Source: Kiritimatiella glycovorans (GTDB lineage Bacteria; Verrucomicrobiota; Kiritimatiellia; Kiritimatiellales; Kiritimatiellaceae). Taken from it: a stretch of 32,000 nt of DNA. The DNA lies in NCBI RefSeq assembly GCF_001017655.1, contig NZ_CP010904.1, forward strand, positions 180,001 to 212,000, in the 5' to 3' direction. Every line of letters begins with the position of its first letter. The first letter of the stretch is position 1. Shown here piece by piece: positions 7,271 to 14,056 of this stretch. The notes beneath the pieces were generated by a model. It made no database searches. It saw only the letters and a list, made by a program, of their open reading frames with translations, and had not been told where the DNA came from. The translations under genes were made by a program, and so were the position numbers.

Positions 7271-8313
7271 GCATGATGCCACGTTCGTTCCGGCGCCTGG
7301 CGGCATGGATTCCCGTGCTGGCCCTGCTGCTGCCCGGCGCAGCCGGGTCCGCGTGCGCACAGACGCAAGATCACCGCGTGACGGCCTTCAAGGAGCAATT
7401 CGAGGGGGGGGCGTTTGAACGCGCCGTCGAGCTGGGTCGTCCGCTGCGCGAAGCCTTTCCGGATGACGCCATCCTTCGCTACCAGTACGCCGCCGCCTGC
7501 TTCGTCACCGGCGACTTTGAAGCGGTGATCGCTGCGGCGGAGGACGACGCGATGATCCCGCTTTTGCCGGCGGCTTACGAAAAAGAGGAGGAGATGGGGT
7601 TCGAAGTTTACTCCTGGGCTCTCTGGCAGTGTGAGATTCAGGCCCTCGCCGCATCGAAGCGGGTCGATGAGGCGCTGCGCGACATCAAACGCTCCGCCGG
7701 GTATGAGAATCGTCCGCTGCTCTTCCTTCAGTACTGTCTTTTGCAGTATCGCGGCCAGATTCGCGAGGCGGAAGCCGTGCGCGCCCGCTGGTTTTCGCAA
7801 CCCTATCACGGCAAGCCGGAAGGCGAGCTCTATGCGCGTCGCGTAATTCCCGCCATGGAGGTTCCCGACAATCTCGAGTCCTGGGTCACCTCCGCGGCGA
7901 CGCATGATGAGATCACGCTGCTCCGCGCCTGCGCGGGATTCCAGGATTGGCTTGATGGACGCACGCAGCGCGGCATGAGGCGCATGACCCGTGCGGTGCG
8001 CGAGGCCAATCCCGCCACCGCCGGTATCCCGCAGACCCTGCTCGCCCTGTGCCTGCCCGAAGGCGAATCGATTGGCCCCCACCTGAAACCCGGACTGGAC
8101 GATCCGCGCTGGCGAAAACAGTCGAAGGCCTATAACGCCTATATCGAGGCCTATATCGATAGCGACTGGCCGCGGCTGCTGCGTCGGCTCGACGAGGTCA
8201 TGCGCCTCTCGCCGCGCAACTCGCGCCATCGTTCTTATGCTCCAGGGGCGCTGGGCGGAGGCGAAGCGCGAAGCGGATCATGCGCTCGAACAGACTCTCT
8301 GGGATACGAATAA
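7264..8313 (+). CDS. Secreted TPR-like protein, N-terminal part (apparently frameshifted; continues in 8237-8719)
   Basis: Signal peptide MMPRSFRRLAAWIPVLALLLPGAAGSACA, followed by a helical repeat-like sequence. The last ~30 codons (SRHRSYAPGALGGGEARSGSCARTDSLGYE) look like out-of-frame read-through. It overlaps the upstream gene by 7 nt. Confidence 0.6.
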   Translation: MVSMMPRSFRRLAAWIPVLALLLPGAAGSACAQTQDHRVTAFKEQFEGGAFERAVELGRPLREAFPDDAILRYQYAAACFVTGDFEAVIAAAEDDAMIPLLPAAYEKEEEMGFEVYSWALWQCEIQALAASKRVDEALRDIKRSAGYENRPLLFLQYCLLQYRGQIREAEAVRARWFSQPYHGKPEGELYARRVIPAMEVPDNLESWVTSAATHDEITLLRACAGFQDWLDGRTQRGMRRMTRAVREANPATAGIPQTLLALCLPEGESIGPHLKPGLDDPRWRKQSKAYNAYIEAYIDSDWPRLLRRLDEVMRLSPRNSRHRSYAPGALGGGEARSGSCARTDSLGYE

Positions 8314-8719
8314 CATGCTCTGCCTGCGGGCCTACCTCCCGATGATTCACCTGATGCGCAACGAGCAGGCCGAGTATCGGGCCGCGCTCGCTGCCCTGAA
8401 AGCCCGCGATCTCACCCCGGCCTGGCGCCTCGTCGCCGGGGCGATCGAGAATCCGCAGCGCTATGACGCATCCCTCGCGATGCTGGCAAACAATGCCAAC
8501 GCCAGTTGCCTGCTGATCACCTGCCGTGCCCTGCGCGCGGAGACGGAGGGCGACTACACGCGTGCGGAAGAACTCTACATGCAGGTTATCGGATCCGAAG
8601 CGTTCATGCCATTCCTGGAATACCACCTGGCCGACGTGCGGCTGCGGGTGGTCGCCCCGCTGGCGGCTATTCAGAAGACGCCCGCCGCCGCTGATTCCGA
8701 AAAACGGGTACAATTATAA
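8237..8719 (+). CDS. TPR-like protein, C-terminal part (probable continuation of 7264-8313 after a +1 frame change near 8220-8236)
   Basis: This frame stays open upstream of the ATG and reads ...RAIVLMLQGRWAEAKREADHALEQ..., a TPR-like helix pair. The sequence joins sensibly onto ...LDEVMRLSPRNS from the other frame. Confidence 0.55.
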   Translation: MLQGRWAEAKREADHALEQTLWDTNNMLCLRAYLPMIHLMRNEQAEYRAALAALKARDLTPAWRLVAGAIENPQRYDASLAMLANNANASCLLITCRALRAETEGDYTRAEELYMQVIGSEAFMPFLEYHLADVRLRVVAPLAAIQKTPAAADSEKRVQL

Positions 8720-8794
8720 AGGCCCCGGTTCCGAGCTTCGTATAAGCTGGACACCGAAAAACACGGGAGCACGGGAGTAAAGCATGAAGAGTGA

Positions 8795-9241
8795 ATGCGC
8801 GATGAACCCGGAAGGACTGAGTTGAATCTCTACATCAAATCGAATCCGGCCGGCGAGTGGGTCGTGATCGTGGTATGCGCCGTATTGTTCTTTTTGCCCG
8901 TCCGGATCGAAGAGGATCTCGCGCGCCCCATCGGCGTGGGGCTGAGCCTCGGTATCGTCTTTGGCATCGCGCGCGTGATCCGCGCGGGCAAGCTGAAAAA
9001 GGAGCCTTACCTGCGATTCGATGCCGCCGGGCTCCACTGCCTGCCGCTGATCGGGAAGGGGTGGACGATTCCGCCCGAACAGATTCACAACCTGCAGTTG
9101 AACGAACGTATGCTGTCCGTGGAACGGGGTGCGGGGGGGAAGCGGTATGCCGTGGCGGTACGGCCACTGGCGCCTCGCGAACGCGCCATGCTGGAACAAT
9201 GGGTCGAGACATGGAATAGAACGAAAGGAGTTCGGAAATGA
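8795..9241 (+). CDS. Small membrane protein, two TM helices plus a soluble C-terminal (PH-like?) domain
   Basis: 148-aa ORF. Hydrophobic spans are WVVIVVCAVLFFLPV and IGVGLSLGIVFGIARVI. I recognise no family. The start is uncertain (ATG 8795 or TTG 8822). Confidence 0.5.
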   Translation: MRDEPGRTELNLYIKSNPAGEWVVIVVCAVLFFLPVRIEEDLARPIGVGLSLGIVFGIARVIRAGKLKKEPYLRFDAAGLHCLPLIGKGWTIPPEQIHNLQLNERMLSVERGAGGKRYAVAVRPLAPRERAMLEQWVETWNRTKGVRK

Positions 9242-9669
9242 CAGAGACGGAAGTCAAAACGGTTCAACGTAAACGACAGGGCGCGTTCATGAGCACCATC
9301 GGACCGGTCACGAAGATATTTGTTCCGTTGGTCGCGGCGCTGGCGATGATTCTTATCCTGGCCCTCGCACTGGAGATTCCCGCGGCGATGGGGGCGACGG
9401 CCATCGCACTGCTCCTGACGGCACTGCTCTGGGTCGGGTTCGGGTTCGCCTCGTCCGCAAGGGCGCGAGGGGCGCGCACGCCCGCGGCCTGGGGCCTCGG
9501 TGCCGTTTTCGGACTGCTTCTCGCGCCGCTCGGCATGATCGTTTTTCTCGTCCTCTGGAATGCCCGCGTGGGCGGCGGACGCTGCGGATTCTGCCCCGGC
9601 TGCAACCGCCGGATCGGATTCGAGGTGCCCGCATGCCCCTATTGCGGCTGCGCCTTCAGCCAGGCCTGA
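9238..9669 (+). CDS. Membrane protein with a C-terminal zinc-ribbon (CxxC...CxxC)
   Basis: 143 aa with an ATGA overlap onto the upstream gene. It has three or four hydrophobic spans, then CGFCPGCNRRIGFEVPACPYCGC. An alternative start is ATG 9289. Confidence 0.55.
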   Translation: MTETEVKTVQRKRQGAFMSTIGPVTKIFVPLVAALAMILILALALEIPAAMGATAIALLLTALLWVGFGFASSARARGARTPAAWGLGAVFGLLLAPLGMIVFLVLWNARVGGGRCGFCPGCNRRIGFEVPACPYCGCAFSQA

Positions 9670-9751
9670 CCGGATCTATTCACGAAGGTCGAGTCCGAAA
9701 ATCATAACAAAGGCCCCGCTAATGCGGCCGGTAAGAAAGGATTGAACCACG

Positions 9752-11224
9752 ATGTCTATTCGAACCCGCATGCTTGCCGCGACGGCTGTTTTGCTGGCAG
9801 CGGTCTACGGCGCAAATATCGCGCTGAATATCAAGGCGCAGCACGATTACAGCGCCTACCTGGAACGCTTCACTCCTTCGGCCGAACTGGTGCAGGCGCT
9901 GGACTCGGGGAATCTCATCGGCATTGCAGAGCAGCTCGTCGCATTGGAGCCCTCCGTCGCAGAACCCGCGAATGTGAAGCGGCTGGGCGAGTCGGAATAT
10001 GCGGAATTGCGCGACCTCGACTTCGATCGCCTGGCCCTGCGTTATATCGAGACGGCGAAACAGCACATGCAGAGAGAGGTCTGGGCCTATCTGGGCCGGG
10101 AGGTCTCCCTGGATGAAGCTGCATGGGAGGCCCTTTACCCGGCCGAGACCTTCGGCTGCGATATCCCGGACCTCGCACGCCTGCTGCTGAGCGAACTCTT
10201 TGCCGCCACCGAAACCTTTTCCGTTGATTACGGCCTGACCGGGGGAGGGCAGACCCGCGATCCGGAGCAGGCGGTGCTCAATCTCTTGGCCTCCGGCGAA
10301 GCGATGCCGGAACGCACCTGGGAGATGATCTCGGACGTGATTACCTCGACCTTTGAAACCGACACCCACCGGCATGTCACAACGATTCCCCGTCTGACCG
10401 GGTTCAAGGAGAAGATGGTTTTGCGGCTGAATGACACGAATCGGCCGATCATGCTCGACCGTTTTTACATTGCGGCGCCGTACGAATTTACGGCTTCCCT
10501 GGAGAAACAGAAAAGTCGCTGGGATAGCGACGATGCCGATACGGCCGAACTGCTCGCGCGCATCCGACGCGATCGGGATCTTCAGGCCTTGGACAGCGGC
10601 ACCGCCGTCGGTTCGCCGAACCGCGCCGAAGGGCTGGTTCACGCGCGTTACCGGGGGTTGTCTGGGACGATCCTCTCCGCGTGTAATCCGGCGATAACCT
10701 TCTGGGTTGAGGCTGAGCTTCCCTCGTCCGCCGTTTCCCGGTTGACCGGCGGGGGTCGGTTTGAAATGGCAGCGCTGCCCTCGGGGGACGCGGAAATCGA
10801 ATTGACCGGGCGCCTGCTGGACGATGCCTTCACTCCGCGCGACCTGCGTCTCTACGCACATCGCATGCGTTACCGTATGCTCATGGGCGTGGCCTCCAGG
10901 TTCATGGATCGCTCGTCTTCAGCGTTTAATGTGTATGAAGAGCATTTCAATGCCCTGACGGAACTGGACGATTCTGCACCCTCGGCCCTGGCGGGGGATA
11001 TCCATTCGCGTCCGGAGATTCGTGAGGCCGTGGAAGATCTGCTGGTCGGGGAACGCGCTGTGGACGCCGACGCGGCCGGTACGACGCTGGAGAAGCTCCG
11101 CTCCGCCGGGATCCGCGACAAGGCGGCGCTCTATCGGCTGCTCTCGATCTGGCTCGATGAATTCGAGACAACGGGAATGCCGCGGCCGCTGGGCGAGATC
11201 GCCGAAGATGTGAAGGCCGGATAG
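9752..11224 (+). CDS. Hypothetical exported or membrane-anchored protein, no recognisable domain
   Basis: 490-aa ORF with an N-terminal hydrophobic anchor (MLAATAVLLAAVYGA). Composition is protein-like (Asp/Glu/Leu-rich, not the Arg/Gly/Pro bias of shadow ORFs). It is preceded by aagaaagga. Confidence 0.65.
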   Translation: MSIRTRMLAATAVLLAAVYGANIALNIKAQHDYSAYLERFTPSAELVQALDSGNLIGIAEQLVALEPSVAEPANVKRLGESEYAELRDLDFDRLALRYIETAKQHMQREVWAYLGREVSLDEAAWEALYPAETFGCDIPDLARLLLSELFAATETFSVDYGLTGGGQTRDPEQAVLNLLASGEAMPERTWEMISDVITSTFETDTHRHVTTIPRLTGFKEKMVLRLNDTNRPIMLDRFYIAAPYEFTASLEKQKSRWDSDDADTAELLARIRRDRDLQALDSGTAVGSPNRAEGLVHARYRGLSGTILSACNPAITFWVEAELPSSAVSRLTGGGRFEMAALPSGDAEIELTGRLLDDAFTPRDLRLYAHRMRYRMLMGVASRFMDRSSSAFNVYEEHFNALTELDDSAPSALAGDIHSRPEIREAVEDLLVGERAVDADAAGTTLEKLRSAGIRDKAALYRLLSIWLDEFETTGMPRPLGEIAEDVKAG

Positions 11225-11320
11225 AAAGGGTTCTTCATAAATAGCTCAGGATAGCGGTCCCGAGGGCGATTTTAAATCCGCATGCCCGGGGCCTGAGGCG
11301 TGTACACGCCGTGGACGGCC

Positions 11321-12565
11321 TTAAAGTTCCCTCATGATCTCGGCCGGGGAGCGCTTTGCGCGCAACAGCTCGGCCATCCGGCGCATGGTAGGATCGATGT
11401 GCTCATAGAACGCGCGGAAGCCTTCGCAGAGGTAGTTCAGCCCGGCTTCGCCGTCCGGCGTGCGGATGAAGCGGTGCTTGGGGCACCCGCCGTGACAGAC
11501 GAACATCCAGGGGCAGTCGCGGCAGTACTGCGGGAGGTCGAGAAACTTCGCCGCCCCGAACTCCTGCTGTTTCGGCTGGTGGATGATCTGTTCCCAGGTC
11601 AGCTCCGCGATGTTCCCGAGCGCGTACTCGGGATAGACGTAGTGATCGCAGGTGTACACCGTGCCGTCATGTTCCATCGCCACGTTGCTGCCGCAGACCT
11701 TGGCGTTGCAGCAAAGCGGGGGCGGCATGCCGACCCAGGCGTTGAGGGCGATGTCGAAATGGTTGACGAACATCCTGCCCACGTCGCGCCGGATCCAGTC
11801 GTCGTAGATCGCGTTCAGGAACGCGCCGTATTCGGCGGCATCGACCGTGAACGGTTCGACGTCCGGCTCCCCGCGGTTTTCGGCGCTGGGCGGGGTGCCG
11901 TGATCCAGACCGAGTTCCTGCGCGCGGGGGTCCGGTTTGCGCTCGATGATCGGGATGAACTGGATATAACGCACGCCGGCCTCGCGCATGAACCGGTAGA
12001 TGCGCACGCCCTCCCTCGCGTTTTCGCGGGGGACGCAGGCGAGCGCGTTGAACTCGACCCCGTGCTTTTTGAGCAGACGGAGGCCGCGCATGACCTCCTC
12101 GTGCGATCCGCGCCCGTCGGCGTAAAAACGGTAGCGGTCGTGGATGTCGCGCGGTCCGTCGAGACTCAGCCCGACGAGAAACTGCTCCTTCGCGAGAAAC
12201 TCGCACCACTCGTCGTCGAGCAGCGTGCCGTTGGTCTGCAGCGTGTTCTGCACCTTGTGCCCGTCGGCGTACTTGCGCTGCAGCTCGCACACGTTGCGGA
12301 AGTAGTCCACGCCGAGCAGGGTCGGTTCTCCGCCCTGCCACGCGAAGGTCACTTCCTCCACGGTCTGCGCGCGGAGATACTCGGCGATAAACTTCTCCAG
12401 CACGTCGCCGGACAGGACAAAGCGCTGCTGACCGAAGATCGCGTGTTTCTCCAGGTAGAAACAGTAGCCGCAGCGCAGGTTGCAGTTCGGCCCCGCCGGT
12501 TTGACCATGACGTGGAAGGCCTGATTGTAGGAGGGACCCGTACGCTGCACTTTTTCCATGCTCAT
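11321..12565 (-). CDS. Anaerobic sulfatase-maturating enzyme (radical SAM/SPASM, AslB/ChuR-like)
   Basis: 414 aa. It has the radical SAM cluster motif CNLRCGYC near the N-terminus, then GGEPTL, LQTNGTLLDDEW and SLDGP. The Cys-rich SPASM C-terminus is CCNAKVCGSNVAMEHDGTVYTCDHYV...CRDCPWMFVCHGGCPKHR. Confidence 0.88.
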   Translation of the reverse strand: MSMEKVQRTGPSYNQAFHVMVKPAGPNCNLRCGYCFYLEKHAIFGQQRFVLSGDVLEKFIAEYLRAQTVEEVTFAWQGGEPTLLGVDYFRNVCELQRKYADGHKVQNTLQTNGTLLDDEWCEFLAKEQFLVGLSLDGPRDIHDRYRFYADGRGSHEEVMRGLRLLKKHGVEFNALACVPRENAREGVRIYRFMREAGVRYIQFIPIIERKPDPRAQELGLDHGTPPSAENRGEPDVEPFTVDAAEYGAFLNAIYDDWIRRDVGRMFVNHFDIALNAWVGMPPPLCCNAKVCGSNVAMEHDGTVYTCDHYVYPEYALGNIAELTWEQIIHQPKQQEFGAAKFLDLPQYCRDCPWMFVCHGGCPKHRFIRTPDGEAGLNYLCEGFRAFYEHIDPTMRRMAELLRAKRSPAEIMREL

Positions 12566-12803
12566 AATATCGCTCCGTGTTCTTCCATGCCCGAGGGTTC
12601 AGCCCCGCCCGCCGGAGGCACGTCCCCCGCGCGCAAGGACCGCGTCAGCCCCGCGCGTGTGCCGGACCGTAACTATGCCATCCGGTCGCGGGTCGGCCAA
12701 AGAAGGAACTTCAATTTTGAATTCAAAGGCAGGGGCCGCTTACGGGGACGAGCAGGATTATGGCTGCAACACGATAGAATCCGGGGACGTTCAATGTTGT
12801 TTT

Positions 12804-12823
12804 TATTATCATGAATGATAATA
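12804..12823. promoter_or_regulatory. Palindromic operator candidate TATTATCAT-ga-ATGATAATA just upstream of the XRE-HTH gene
   Basis: 9-bp perfect inverted arms (12804-12812 and 12815-12823) lie in a sharply AT-rich stretch (21 G+C in the 60 nt of 12781-12840). The palindrome ends 8 nt before ATG 12831. Confidence 0.45.
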
Positions 12824-12830
12824 TTAAGCC

Positions 12831-13346
12831 ATGAAATCCGTATCCGAACAACTGAGGGCTCGGCGCATCGAGCTGGGGTTGACGCTGGCGGATGCCGCGC
12901 GCCGTGCGGGTACGTCGGCTGCTACCCTCTCGCGTTATGAGCACGGATGGTCCAGATTTGAGACGTATACCCTGAATAAGCTGGCCCGGGCGCTTGACTG
13001 CGAACTGCGCATTACCCTGGAGCCGGAAGAAGCAGGTGAAGATCGCCCTGCGCCCGGGATCGATGAAGCCGTACAGCGTCTCGCGCGTCTTTTCTGGGAT
13101 CGAACGTTGAGCAAGAGCGATCTGGAGCGTTATCCGGTGTGGGTGGCGGAGCGCGTGCTGGACTACGGAAATCTTGAGGACGTCCGGATGCTGCGCGCGC
13201 TGCTCGGCAGGGAGTCCTTTGTCAGGGCGGCGGCCCGCGCGCACAGGGTGTCGAACGTAACCCGCAATTTCTGGAAACAAATACTGATGATGGAGGGTGT
13301 GCCGTGCACGAACGAGTCCTCCCGAAGCACAGCCTGGAACTCTTGA
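12831..13346 (+). CDS. XRE-family HTH protein with a C-terminal extension; putative antitoxin of the downstream AbiEii toxin
   Basis: 171 aa. The N-terminus LRARRIELGLTLADAARRAGTSAATLSRYEHG is a classic Cro/C1-type HTH. The C-terminal domain (LFWDRTLSKSDLERYPVWVAERVLDYGNLEDVRML) is of the kind I recall next to nucleotidyltransferase toxins. Confidence 0.75.
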   Translation: MKSVSEQLRARRIELGLTLADAARRAGTSAATLSRYEHGWSRFETYTLNKLARALDCELRITLEPEEAGEDRPAPGIDEAVQRLARLFWDRTLSKSDLERYPVWVAERVLDYGNLEDVRMLRALLGRESFVRAAARAHRVSNVTRNFWKQILMMEGVPCTNESSRSTAWNS

Positions 13347-13936
13347 GCGAACTGGCCGGGGATTCTTCGGCGCTGATGGCCGGCTGGCGGCTGGCAGGGG
13401 GGACAGGACTGGCCCTTCGTTACGGCCACCGCATCTCTGAAGATCTCGATCTGTTCCGCAACGAACCATTCAGCGTGGAAGAGATGCACGGGGTCTTGTC
13501 CGCGTACGGGGGATACGAGACATGGCAGGAGAAGGAGGGGCACACGCTGACTGTGCTCCTGAGGGGCACGAAGCTATCTTTTTTCTCCGTCCGCGACCCG
13601 TTCCTGTTTGAACCTGAACAGGGACGTTTCTTTCCCGTGGCCGACACGCGGGATATCGCGCTCATGAAACTCGCTGCCGTTTCGGGGCGGGGAAGCCGCA
13701 AGGATTTTATCGATCTGCACGTCATTCTGCGGAAACCGCCCGCGCTAAAGGAATACTTTGCCATGCTGCCCAGGAAGTACGACCCCGCCCGGATCAACAC
13801 ATACCATATACTCAAGAGTCTCACCTATTTTGAGGATGCCGAGTCCGAACCGATGCCGCGCATGCTGGTTCCGTTCGACTGGGAGGAGTGCAAGGCCTTT
13901 TTTGTGCGCGAGGCGCGCACGCTCGTTCTTCGCTGA
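13304..13936 (+). CDS. Nucleotidyltransferase AbiEii/AbiGii-family toxin (DUF1814-like)
   Basis: GTG start at 13304, preceded by GGAGGG (13292-13297). The motif LAGGTGLALRYGHRISEDLDLF is the GG(T/S)-x9-12-DhD nucleotidyltransferase signature. KLAAVSGRGSRKDFIDL is also typical of the family. It overlaps the HTH gene by 43 nt. Confidence 0.8.
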   Translation: MHERVLPKHSLELLSELAGDSSALMAGWRLAGGTGLALRYGHRISEDLDLFRNEPFSVEEMHGVLSAYGGYETWQEKEGHTLTVLLRGTKLSFFSVRDPFLFEPEQGRFFPVADTRDIALMKLAAVSGRGSRKDFIDLHVILRKPPALKEYFAMLPRKYDPARINTYHILKSLTYFEDAESEPMPRMLVPFDWEECKAFFVREARTLVLR

Positions 13937-14056
13937 GTGCGCGGGCGGGTACGTAAATATCCGCGGCTCCATAGAATTCCACGAATAACCCTTTTATCTT
14001 CTCTGCGGCGCATTCGTCCTTCATGCTGACTCCATAGCTGAACACGGAGGACGACG

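Noticed and set aside
9759-9767. tRNA T-loop-like GGGTTCGAA on the minus strand
   Set aside because: The flanking bases cannot form the 5-bp T-stem, and no acceptor or anticodon arms could be built. It lies inside the start of a plus-strand CDS.
11300-12814. 504-aa plus-strand ORF overlapping the sulfatase-maturase gene, and similar shadow ORFs at 14021-15442 (-), 17741-19819 (-), 23379-24566 (-), 24506-25561 (-) and 25767-27332 (+)
   Set aside because: In each case the opposite or alternative frame has strong family motifs (CxxxCxxC/SPASM, Rossmann motifs, PA14/PKD, GT2, FkbM, Wzx). The rejected frames show the high-GC shadow composition.
13284-13320. Hammerhead-like CUGAUGA box followed by a small hairpin and GAAC
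   Set aside because: The spacing is wrong (6 extra nt before stem II). GAAC replaces the invariant GAAA, and no stem I/III or cleavage-site context is present. The site lies in the coding overlap containing the toxin ribosome-binding site. A second CTGATGA near 20964 shows the heptamer occurs by chance.
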